The notes under the pieces were generated by a model. The model did no database searches. It was given only the letters and a program-made list of their open reading frames with translations, and had not been told where the DNA came from. A stretch of DNA of 46,748 bases from Phoronis australis (lineage: Eukaryota > Animalia > Phoronida): contig NMRA01000013.1 of the NCBI GenBank assembly GCA_002633005.1, forward strand, positions 1,157,787 through 1,204,534, in the 5' to 3' direction. A program made the translations under genes and the position numbers. Numbering within the stretch: position 1 is the first letter of the stretch; every line of letters begins with the position of its first letter. Below are positions 12,621 to 25,300 of the stretch, one piece after another.

Positions 12621-14303
12621 AGGAGCATGCCACCAAAAAACAACCTAATTTGTATCAATTTAGATCGAGCAGTTCTACTCCATAACGACATGTACGGTTG
12701 CGTTACCTGACACCTGACGGCAAACGGAGGTGTTGAAATTATCCAATGACGTCATCGGTTTCACACGCATTCTGTTCAGCAGTTCACAACACGGGTTACT
12801 GGTGTCAGCTTATCGCTTGAAGTCATCGTTTAACACCAATAAATCATAAAACTTCGATGTAAAACCCTTCAAAATACACCGAGTTCTTATCAAAACGTGT
12901 TGTTTTATTCCGCTCTTACGGATTTATTGGTATTTGGACCCACCGTAGCCTACAAAGTTCGGCAGGCAAATACGGTCCGTAGCAGGAGTTTGGGGTGTGT
13001 TTGGAGATAATTTCGAAGTATTTTCCGTGAGATACATACAGGAGAACCTAGATCTGTGTTGTTTAGACTTGTGATTTTTTGAGTTCTAAACACAAAACGC
13101 TTGTTATCCTCGCCAGCGGCTCGGAGCCCGATCAGGCCCGTCGCGGCCTGCCGGATTCACTCGTTATCCCGGCCAGTGGCTCGGAAACTGATCAGACATC
13201 ACGAACATAAACCAGCCAAAGCTCAGTGGAAACTAAACTTCCAGTTAAGAAAATACTATACTAGTGAGCCAAAGTAATGTGCACGTGATTATGTTGGTGA
13301 GTTAGCCACGAAACTGCAAATCTATATTTGCTCGTCTGGGGCCTCGAATTCAGGTTCTGCTTTCACCGACAGCAGGCCGTCAGGGCAGAAGTTCTACATT
13401 GACAATCATTATTTGAGTAATGTAAATGTAAATAAAGATTCCCCTAACACCTGGTCGTGGGATGGAAATCGAGTTGTTTTACAACAGTTTCTGCCAGCAA
13501 ACACTAAATTAGCATGACCTCACACGGCCTCGGTGTCCCGTCAAATTAGTTTCATTGCACCTAAAGCCGGTAACGCAGTGATTTATTCATTGCTGGCTTC
13601 TCAAATCATTAGCACTCACGAACACTCCAAAGGCATTGTAAATTGCATCTAATGAGACAGATTTTGTTTCAGTTTTATATAAGAATTGGTTAGGGTGAGA
13701 ATAATTCATTTTGAAACAGAACGCTCAGTAAAACGGCAACATGGCAACTCGCAATCCCGACTTAGGACGAGCTAGAGCTCGATCATCAGTCCCGGCTTCG
13801 CAGGTGGATCGTTAAGTTTTACAGGCTATCAATTCGAACAGGAATACAGTGATGAAGAAATACTAGAGAGGCGCCATGAACAAGCTCAGACAACGGAACG
13901 TATGGAGTTATTTGGTAAGCCGGCATTCGTGAGGCACTGTCGACGTCTGCAGGCCGCAGACACGGAGATGTTTCACGGCCTCATACTTGCTATTTACAGC
14001 GTACATTTCATTCTTCACTACCATGAGCCACTTCCTAAGCATTCCGGACTCTCGAGGAAGTAAAAAAACGATATACCCGCTTTCCTCGCAGCTGCTTAGT
14101 TCGGACAAGCGGGAACGATGCACCACAACATAACGGCAGTCACTCTGCATATGAACCACTGACGTCGCTAGCGTCGTTTCTCACCTTCCTTACAGGTTAA
14201 CGCGACACCTCTTGGCAAGGTAAGGTCGACCGTATGCGAGGCGATGTGGATATAGACCGATTAAGACGGTAAAAAGACTAATTAAATCGGGTGGCATTCT
14301 CCT
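12621..14303 (-). mobile_element. Kolobok-like non-autonomous transposon with decayed THAP domain, copy 1
   Basis: TTAA|AGGAGCATGCCACC ... GGTGGCATTCTCCT|TTTA (14-bp TIR). Colinear, in inverted orientation, with 35509-37220 over the full 1.7 kb. Confidence 0.85.
13930..14131 (-). pseudogene. THAP zinc-finger relic
   Basis: MLWCIVPACPN*AAARKAGISFF(frameshift)LPRESGMLRKWLMVVKNE...KHLRVCG. Confidence 0.8.
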
Positions 14304-16221
14304 TTTACTCAAATATCCCAATCGTGTCAAGATATACATGTAGTTTCAAACAGTTTACAGTCAAGTTGATGTATCCGAGGAATAACTTGGTAATGGACCA
14401 GACGAAAGTTCCTTTTTTGGTTCGGAAGGTTGGTGTCATTTCGTCAGGACTCCCGGTGATCATGTTGTCAACATAATAATTTTTCCGGCTATGTCTGTTG
14501 CGGCCTGGCGCAGAAGCAGGAGAAGTTCAATACCAACCGATGTCAATGAGCTAAATAAATTTGTGAACTTAACCTAATCAAAAATTGGGTGGGGGTTGAC
14601 ATTGGGTTTTATTCCTGTGTTTTGAAATTAATGAACCATTATGCAGCAGTGCATATCTGTCCGCCGAATCTGAGTCTGGACTAGGCGAGAATCGCTTCCT
14701 CTCTTTCATTACTCTAGGGAGCGCCAACATGGACTTGATAAAACGCTTCCTCTGTGCATGTTGATATTGCTACGTTGACGTAAACGTATGTCAGCGTAGT
14801 AGTGTTCCGCTCAAATCGTTGATCAAGGGTGGTCCCATTTCCAGGCAGTCATTGAGTGACGCGAATTTTTGTTAGCAGGACAGCCCCTACAATGCAAAGC
14901 GGAGTAGTGGCCGATTCGCGAAACAATATTTGGGGAAATATCATGCCCGCGTTGGCATCAGTGTTGACGGCACGTTCGATAATACCGGTCTCGCGCTGTG
15001 TAGCGATTATGTTGGCATATTGTTGGCGCAATGCGGGTTTCAGTTTCGGAGATATGTTCCTGACAAATGTCTAATTCCTCACGCCACTTTATCAACAGTA
15101 TCTCTGGCGTAAAGTAAATGTCGTGATTTAAGAAAAAATCAAAAGTTCACCTACTGACTTGGTTCTTGGTGTAGAAAATTCAGAAACTGTGGTGCCACTT
15201 TGAAAAAAAACACGAATTGTATTACTCGTAGTCTTATAATAACCTCATAGTGAGTTTATTGTGTAGTGCCAAAACTAACAGCATTTTACCAAAACGACGT
15301 TAAAGTGAATTGCACTAAATTTTATCCCCGATCGTTTCGTGACGTTTGCGATTCCATAGGACATCTGACTGGTCATCAAGAAACAAAATAGGTAGCGTTT
15401 CGATGGCCAAGATTTTTCATGAAAAGCGAGATCGGCCACGCGAGTAAAACGCGGTCGTAACCTAGGAAGACGGCGGCCAATTAAGTGGTTGGTCGGCATA
15501 CAAAATTCGCCGCTTCCATTCCATAAACGAAGATTTGTCGCCGCAAGTGCGTGGCATATGTATTGGTCTACGGATGAAGCTCAAAAGTTTTAGTCGACTC
15601 ACCGGCCAGCTGAGTGAATCAAGTGCAGCCACTCACTGAAAACACGCCTAAAATAGTGTATCCACACGCACAGTGAAATCACCAACAAGGAATTTGCACT
15701 GAATTTATTCATTATGAACATCATCGTCTACATGCAGCCCTACTTCAAAAGGATAGCGCGTGACACTTTTTCAATCCGATTACATTCGTGCTTATCAACT
15801 TCTCAAGATTTTTGAGGCAACGCCGTTGACATGGTTTTACAGGTGAAAAGATCAATTAGCCTTACTAAAAGTAGTCAGACCAAAAACTATTAGAAGCGTT
15901 ATGTTGATAGATCTATATCTTAATGAAAAACTTATTTTGTAGCTCAAAAACGTTTAGCAAAATTATAGTACAGTTAAAGTCAATGTAAAAAGCTCACATT
16001 GATGCAGATTCTTACTCCCGACTGGTAATGTCATCAAAAAGTAAATAAATAAAACATGTGAAAAAATAACTAACAATCAAAGCACAATCAAAACCACCCT
16101 TACGTATTACTAATCTCTACTCAAAGCAGGGCGGCACAATCCGTTTACTTAAAAAACTAATCTTCTCTAGTTACAAAACAAATCAGTAAATATTTATCAG
16201 CTTTCACTAATTCCATTCTAA

Positions 16222-16316
16222 TCATTTCCATTCAGTAACAGTTTTCTCCTTCAAAAACTCTCCTCTGATAGTCGTCTTCGCAGGTAGCGTAGCAGCGTAC
16301 ACGGGGGTTTCAGCAC
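16222..16316 (-). CDS. CBR1: CBR copy A exon 8 (GAETPVYAATLPAKTTIRGEFLKEKTVTEWK*)
   Basis: tttaag| acceptor; typical CBR C-terminus; TGA at 16224-16222. Confidence 0.93.
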
Positions 16317-19300
16317 CTTAAATTAAACACGCGACATTTGTGAACAAATGTTCATTGATGTACGAACATACAGAACAGCTACTGTACTACAATTAGACTA
16401 AACGGCAGGGACAGGAAGATGGGAGTTTTCATGAATTTTTATGTGGTTTGCATTTTTGTTACATCAAACGCATGTGCTGAAGGTTATGTAGGACCTTCGA
16501 AACACTTCAAATTTGGCAAACGTCGGAACATCATATCTCAGAATTGGCTGATTGGAGTCACGTGGAACTTTCAGATACTATTCTTTATGAGCTGTTTTCT
16601 AGATTTCTTGAATTGTTTTTAAACTTTCCACTTTTGCATGAAGGGCAATCAAAAAAGAGGACTTTGACGAGTTTCATGAAAAAGCTCAAACTTTGCATCA
16701 ATCGAAAACGAAACAATAATTTAGAAAAATGTAACAGCGTTCTTGAGAATTCATTTTGAACATTTTATCGAAAAAATTTGGTAACGTTATCGACACCGTT
16801 GTATTTGACATGGAAATACTTGTTTTTCCTAAATTTTACGCAACTAATAGCCGATTGGTATACAGTAAAAAAGCAAATTCTACAAGCATCCTACTTTCAG
16901 AAAATATGTACATTTACCGATTTAAAGTTTATAGTTTTGTATATATTTGGCTAAATACATCGATAGGTCGATAAGGTCATACTTATCCTAAAAAACCTGG
17001 CTATTTTAGACCGTAAAAATGAAGTTTTCAGCAGTCAGTCAAACTCCGTTTTTTTCTCTTTTGTTGACCCATTTCTGTCTCCATATATAATCTATTATAT
17101 GACATCTTAACAACTTATGAATTAAATAAGAATTATGGGCAAATATTTTTAAGTTTGTTACAATATTACGCCTATCACCGACAGATATATCATCTATTTA
17201 AAAGAAAAACAAGTTGCATGACCACCAAGATATACATACTGTTCAATTACACACAATGAGGTTCTGTGGTCATCGGGGATTCAAAAAATTTATGGTTTCA
17301 CATTTTTGCAATTATTATTTGAAGACTTTGGATGAACAGGGAATTATATGAATGAAGCTGCTCAGTTACCTTGAAAAAGGTAAATAATGGCTGCAATTGC
17401 AAAGTAATGGATGTCAGTATCTGAACAAAACAAGTGACACGCGAATACATAACACAAATTTACCCTGGTTATGTGATAGCACTTTATTTCAAAATCATGT
17501 GGATGTAATTATTCGCCAAAGTACTGCTGCAGCAGTTTCAACCAATATACATGTAGGTGACCATCCAAAAGTGTCGGTATTTCTGAGAGTATAAACTTTA
17601 GAGAAAGAGGGAGTCGAAGTTTACTACTGCCTTTGATGTCATTAAGACGGGCTTTTTGATAGAATCTGCAAATGCTTGAAATGTTGGCGGATGCAGTATC
17701 ACCGATGGAGCTCATAATTTGCATGTTGCATTTAACCATCACATAGGTTGTTATACTGCATTTTTTTGCTGAAGGTTCGGTTTTCAAAAAGTCACAAAAA
17801 ACTGTGTTTTTCCCGTTTATTATGAGAAACTTGACACTAGAGTGTACCTCAAAAACAGGCAAATGTATTNATAGGGCCAAAACGTCAAAGTTTTGACATG
17901 CTTCCGCCATCGTTTGCAGATTTTCTCAAATAATGCCTCTTAAAATGGAGACGAGAAAAGCGAAACAAACTCAACACGTTCACAGTCTTGGTTTCTGTGA
18001 AGGGCATCACAAAGAGTGACTTGGAATTAATTATCCTTTTTTATGTTATCAACGTAGATGACAACAAGGAGGGAAGGAGGGGTTTTATCAAAGGTCGTGT
18101 TCTAGTCGTAGGTGTCGTAACTTCGGTTTTAGTTGTACACAATTACATAAAAAGACTCCTTAAAGGGATATTGTCACTTTTGCGGTAAAAAACGTAATTT
18201 TGGGATAAGTGTTGAGTATGGTGGACTTCGTCAGGTCACCAGCTTTGACCAGAGCTATAAACCAACAAAATTCGTTGTGATTTTATTACAAAACGCCAAT
18301 ATTTTCGAGTGTTCTTTCAAACATTCCTTGAAATCTAGGTAGATGACTTAATGCGTTTGAAATACTGTACTCCTAACGCAGCGAATTCAATTCAGCCTTG
18401 GAACCTCCGGCGACTAATGCAGAGAAAGTAAGTTCGATGCTGCACTACTGCTAATTTCTGTGAAATAACTTTTCAAGACTGTCATTTTAAGTGTGAATAA
18501 GACAAATCACCAACTTTTTGTTCGTTGTAACGTTTTCACTCTTCTTAGAAAAGCATTTGCAATATCACGCCTACGACCGTCTTAGCTACGACCGGACTGC
18601 CGACCATTGATAAAACAGACAGCACTACAGTTGTAAGTTCAAGCCAAAATCGCTACTTCAAAGCGGAAAAATTCAAGTTGGAGGCGACGAATCTTCCAAC
18701 TGAGGCAATCAGTGAACTCGTTTCACCCATGGTGTCATTGTGTGTAATCATGAACACGCCATATTAAAGGATCGAAACGTATGGCTCCACCCTAAGCCCA
18801 AGCTATTCAAAAACGTCGATGCAAGGGTTTTAAAGCATACATGTAGTTTATTTAAAAACTCTTTACATAAAACAAACATTTCTGCGTATTTTGAACTAGG
18901 AAAGGATGGTAAAAAAGGGGTATGTTTTTAACACTAGTGCAGAGGGTGGTAAATGTGAAGTTTAATGAGTCCGTACTATACCTTCATCTGGTGTCAATTT
19001 GGCATTGGGTCCTGCCATGTCCGTTTTCACCCATCCCGGACAAACCTAGAAAACACAAAACATAAGACATCTACAGCACCAATTAGCCACGTAAATGCAA
19101 CGTCAATGGGCAGGGATCCTATAGACAATAAACTCAGTTAAAAGGACACCCAACCGAGATTATCACTGGTTATAGAACCTATTGGGTCCTTGCATAGATA
19201 ATGCTTGCAGGAGTATTCCTCCTCACTTACGGTCAGGGCTCACCTGTAACTATAAACTCGGATCACTGCCTGGCGAAATCACAAAACTCGGCTTTCGCAT

Positions 19301-22300
19301 CCAAAAAGCACTACTCTCGGACTGGCAGCCAACAACGAACGCGGTTCACTGGACCGTAAACGCGGCTCGATCCGGTAACTGTAAACACGGCCCACGGATT
19401 CTACACTTCTCATCCATGTGATTGAGTGACCTGAGCATGCTTTTTGTGAAAAGAAGCCGAACTTTCAGGGTTAGTTTTTTCGATTGTACACTACACATTT
19501 CTACAAAATACTTTTGTAGCCTAGAATATTACTTTAAGACTAAACATCAATATAAAAGTATTTGTTACAGAGGCTGTAATCATGAGGGTTGGTGATGTGG
19601 ACAAATCTCGCATAGACAATAATCACGAAAATAACTTAAAGGACTGAAAATTTACATTTCTAAAGGGAATACACAGCAGTTTGTACATGTCTAAATACAC
19701 TTCCAGTCCACATGGAATGTCCAGACGAGTGCCCCGAGTGATGAAATTCACCTCCGTCAGAGGTCACTCTTTTCTGAGTGAGATCATTACAAGTCGTACT
19801 TACAGTGTTTTTAGTAGCCTAAGTCTTATCGTCACAGAGCTTCATTTAAAAACAAACTTTTCAGACAAAAAGCTCAAAATCGTTAAAAATTGCAGATTTG
19901 TGAACCTAGCATATTCTCTATGAAACACTAACACGAATAATAACAATAACAAAAGCAATATTCTAGTTTATAATAACGTTGTACGATTACGATGAACGTA
20001 AAAACGGCAAGTCCCTCAATGAAAAAACATGTTTTTACCTATCTCATGTTTGGCATCTATTAGTGTTTCGTGGCAACAAACCGAAACTTCAGCACTACTA
20101 GTAATATGCAATCAACCTGTTGTTTTTAAATAAATGAAGGAAATGCTGTGCACGTAAACTCACTGCATTGCAAACGAGGTCAGCTCTGGCGTCCTTGTTG
20201 TACTCTCTCTGGAGAACACGGGCCAGGCAGAGGGCGCCGATTTTGGTGACAGCATAGGACCACGAGGGCCATCCCTCCTTTTCGTGTATCTCATTCTTGG
20301 CATCACTAAGAAAGATAGGAACAATTTAATTGGATAGTGGACATACTCATAAGCACTAACATGGTGTTTTTGCCGTGGACACAAAAACACACACGCACAC
20401 AAGAATTCCCAATGCCATCTGGGTTCTTTTGTCAAGGCAATTCTTTTATCACAATACATTTTTCTTTTCTCATACACCACAACTGCAATCTGATGAAAAT
20501 GTTTCTTTTTCTCGCAATCCACAACATGAACTCGATAATACCATTCTGTCCCTACGATGAGTGGGAAGACCAACGGCATGACACATCTAAGCTGACAACA
20601 CCAGTTTTCTTACACACACCGTGGAATTCTCATTAGTGTGGTGCCAATGTGACATTACATGTTGGCTTCGTAAGAAGAAAAGTTCGGATGACCTGATGTT
20701 GTGTTCAAATAGTTACGCTGCTTTTTCTCTGCCACATTAAATGCGTATAAAAACGCGACATTTTGTGCGTATGAAATATGATGCAAAATTGAACAATTCG
20801 TTGGGCCAATAGGTCCAAAAAGACACCAAGCACTCTTAATAGGCTGTTTCTGAATAACTTTAAAACTAGAAAATTCCCGATTTCCTTAAAATTAGAGTGT
20901 TGCGTCGTATAATATTTCATCCCATTAAAAGAATAGATGACAGCTTATGCAAATGAGCTGTCGTGCGTTCCGTAGACGCTAGGATCTTGCTAAACCGCGC
21001 GATCACGTGAGACTTTGCCCTGTATTACCAGCAAAGCCCGTTATCACATTAGCTTCCATCGCAAGATTTTAGCGTCAAGAGAACTCAGCCTTGCCAGGAT
21101 TTTATCACTTGTGAGGAATAAACTATAGAAATAAACATAATAAAACATGTACGTTGCTTAACGCGGGGGAGGGGGCAAATTTGTGGATCTAAAGGCGGTC
21201 TGCGAAGTGAGATGGATAAACTACTTCAAAATGGTGGCAATGAAGAAAGTGACCAGTACACAAAGGGCAACTGGGATATTTGTCACGAAATGTTGTTATC
21301 GACCAGAGCTGGGGCGCGGGTTGGGAGGAGAATTTTTGGAGGAACTGAATGATGAGTGAATCGTTGGGCAACATGACCGTCAACCCCCAGGGAAACGAGT
21401 GGTACTCGAGGTGGGTGGTGAAATTGGTCGGGTAGATGCGTTCTCTCATCCCGCATCATGAAAACACTAGCTTGTTCCATAGCCTCATCGAAAATGTTCC
21501 GATCGCAGTCTCAGTGAGGAAGGTGTTTGCCGCTCGGAGTCATCGCAGTTAACACAATGTTACACTGTTCGATGTTTCATTTCTCTGTTTAATGAACTCA
21601 GCTTTCAAAAGTTCACATCTGAATTTCGCCTGATCACACCCCAAGTAAGTGCTATTAAAAGCTGTTATTGTACCAACTCACTTACTACGCAAGGCGAAAA
21701 ACTGTTGTAAATATATAGACCCTGAGGTTGGCCACCAGTGATACATATGCGACCACATATATAATAGAAAAATCAGGAACCCCAACTGGGAATCGAACCA
21801 CAGGTCTCTAAGTTAACGGTCCAGTGCTCTTACCACCGAGCTAGAGAGCACCCGATCTCTGTGCAGCCAATATTGTTATGTCATACATCACATCCCTTGA
21901 GCAGCGTTTGGTCTTTTTTCACACGAGATTTGGACAATTGCACAGATATCAGGTCCTCAGTAGCTCAGTGGTAAGAGAACTAGACCAGTAGCCTAGAAAC
22001 CTGTGGTTCGATTCCCAGTTGGGGTTCCTGATTTTATGCGTTTATTCGAAACACTGTATGTAGTAGGGGTAAACTGTCATTTCTCAAAGGCTTACTACAT
22101 TGTAAACTTGCTTCGTGACACATGTGCTGCTAATGACCTAACAGCAGTAACAACGAAGGAAATTTCCATCAAAAAATTTTCAGAATGGTCTAGTTTTCGC
22201 CATTAAGTGTCCTAAACCATGGTCCAATATCTGCAGCATAAATGAAACACACTCTGCAATAATTTATGCACGGGATTTTAGCCACAAGTGTTAATCGAGG

Positions 22301-25300
22301 AGAAAATGTCAACTGTTTCAAACATGGTCGAAGATTTTTAACATGGCTGAGTTCGACTTGTTTGAATACTCGCCAGGAAAACACTGGTACCGAACTGAAA
22401 AAATAACCGCAATTGCTCGAAGGCGTACCTGACAAATTTGTTCATATACTTCGCCAGTTCTTCCCTAGTCAGCGAATCACTTGTAAAAACTTTCCGAAGG
22501 GATGGACTCATCTTAGCAAGTGCCATTTCAGCAGTGAAGCTAGCAACAATCACAACCCTGTAACAAACGTAAAAATACGACGTTAAAACATCCAATTTCT
22601 CTAGTGCTACAAAATCGTATTGGTTCCGACTAGGCCCATTTTGTCACGGCAGGTTCAGGGGTTTAATGTAACCAATTTCAATTCAAACAAAAGATATGAA
22701 CGCCAGAACATTACTTTGGAGGAAGAGATAAGCGTATGAAAAGTTGCTTAGTTTACTTTGAGCTTGAAATGGTTTTGTTAGTGAATTTCATAATTCGTAA
22801 CAAAACATGTCATACACACTATTTTATGTAATTTATGAATTCCGAAACTTTGTAAACAGCAATAAATTTCGTTCCAAAATGGAGAAACAACATTATGGAA
22901 TCTTCTTCAAAACTGACTTCATTTTAGAAATTGGAGGTATTAGATACAATATTGGTCTATTTTCTCACCTCAACCAATTGTTGTGGCTCAGGAAGTTTAC
23001 ACAATGAACATTCGGAACACCTCAGGTGTTATTCTTGGTCTCAACTTTTCGCTTGTAAGTGAATGTTGTCAACGCAAGTGTGAAAACCAGTCATTCAATA
23101 AATCATCTGACTTTCACACTGGGGGTTTGCTGGCCATGGGACTGAAGTTCGCACATGCGCAGATAACGTTTACTTCGAGGGAAACGATGATGCTACGGAA
23201 ATACCCGAGGAGTTCCGAATGTACAGTGAAGTGCTCAATAACAGAGGGCTGCAACACCGGCGTTTCTATATCTTGTGTTGTAGTCAACCAATTTTGTAAT
23301 TCTATGAATGAAGAAGCTCGACCTTTGATGACAAAATCAGATTTTTGAGACCATAGTTTCAAAAATAGGCGAAAGGGTTATTTGACAATTTCTGTTTTTA
23401 AATGCAGGAAGTACAGAGGTTTCAAAAGAACCTATGTCAATTATCTGCCAAAACAAAATATGTCAGAAAATTGACCACGCTGTGATCAGTGCCTATGTAA
23501 ACGCCAACGGGTAAGACGCATTCAGAATTTCCGACTGAGAAAACGAATGCAGCAGTGTCTCATGCATTGTTAGTCAGTGATGGCAAGATATTATTTTGGG
23601 TACCATCAGACATGGCTGAAGGCGAACAAAGTTTCATGTACATCACCTTGCTCCGGGTTTCAAAATTGGAAAGAATGTGTCACAGACGTCCATTGTGCTA
23701 AAGAAGTTAATCTTCATGGTAACCTCCGCTTGTTCACTGAATGGCGCTGTCGAGCTTGACTGAAACGACATGAAATCAGTCTCAATATAGTTCGAGCTAA
23801 CGTTGGCAGTATTCAAAACTGAAATGCCCAAATTTCGAACCATCACGAACGATTACATTAAAATGTTCCCTTAAAATTGTTCTCATTGGACTAGAATGTT
23901 TATGCACTCGACAACTGCTTAAAACCGAATACAACAAATTCAATGTTACTGAGAGTCTCGCAGTAGGACATATTGGGGTGTATACAGGACACCCATAAAA
24001 CTAATACCTTGTAGGCAAAACCAGCATTATTCACTAAGACGTCAACACCTCCGTAGGTCTTTTCAAAGTACGATTTGGCGTTCTCGATACTGTCTTTCGA
24101 TTCGATGTCCAACAGGCAAAAACCTGGGGTGCAACCAAGTTTCTTCAATTCGTCAACGGCTGCACGCCCACGCTCTTCGTTTCGTGCTGAAAAACGACAT
24201 ATTGGGCACTATGTTTGCTTCTTGCGTCAGTAGCCCAAACGTTAAAACTGAAACACTCAATGCCACCCAAATTTACCGCATTCCTGCCATTTTTGTTTAG
24301 TCCACCCGTTTAAGGTTATGCATCATTTTATCCACAAATCTTTGCATGTAGTTCAATGAATGTATATGGCCTCTGATGATTTTAAACTGGGAGTCTTACC
24401 AGTCAAATAAACCTTCCAATCAGGTTGCTGTTTGCACAGGGCTTTTACAATGGCGAATCCTATACCCTTGTTGCCACCTGTTACCTGAAAATACAAACGA
24501 AATTTGCAATAATAAACATGTAATGCTATCCATCAGCCCAGTCCCAAATTCAACTCTCCTTCCGTGTTGACAGAAAAATCATTGTATTCGATTGACCTAA
24601 AGTTTTGAAAAAAAATTAGGACTCTAACACACAACTGGCGACAAATTAGAAAAGTAAATAACAATCTCACCCACCTAGTCCCGTTTACGTAAACACCGTA
24701 ACCAACTGAACACCATTAAAACCTCATTTTCACGAGAATGACGAACGATGAAATCAATTTTGAAGGGATTTGACAACAAGGCTGGGCAGATGAAGCATAA
24801 TATCAGTAGGTGCGAGTGTTTCAATCTTCAGTTGTCCGCCTCCAAGCGCCCGACACTCCAAAATTTATCTCGCTCATACAATGTATTTTCCTACCTCCGC
24901 GAAAGAAGAGTTCATTTCGGTACTATTATTTTCTTCAATGAAGTGCCAAGTGCGTTAGTAGGTAAGCTATTTCAGTATTGACCATAGGGGGCTATCGTTC
25001 CACAGTTTAAAACTAATATACTGAGTTTTTACACGCGTACACAGCCATTAAACATGAAGTAGTTCGCTTCTGATCGACATTGCCCTTTGTATCAAAGGCG
25101 GCATACCCTAGGGGGCTGAGGGCTATAGTCCCCACTTATTTCAGTGCTGCGCCGCCCTTTTTTGCTTTGAACCCAATATTAAGTGTTTATTGCCCTCGGG
25201 TTTGAAAGGAGACCTGACATTGTTGTTTCTAATGTGGTCGCGTGGTACGAACCTATTTCTTAGGACTGTCAGGACTGGACAACGTAGCATGAAATGCGCT

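Noticed and set aside
18160-18940. Further Kolobok-like elements starting TTAAAGGG (18160; also 38362)
   Set aside because: Only one terminus is recognisable for each, with no matching TIR or TSD, so they cannot be delimited.
20160-20636. 139-aa and 99-aa ORFs, and the paralogous 43766..44185 ORF
   Set aside because: Off-frame or antisense overlaps of exon 6 and intron 5; the reading frames are not conserved between the paralogs.
21779-22025. Real tRNA-Asn/tRNA-Thr genes
   Set aside because: Stems are mismatched, U33 is C, and the two sequences are arms of one inverted repeat.
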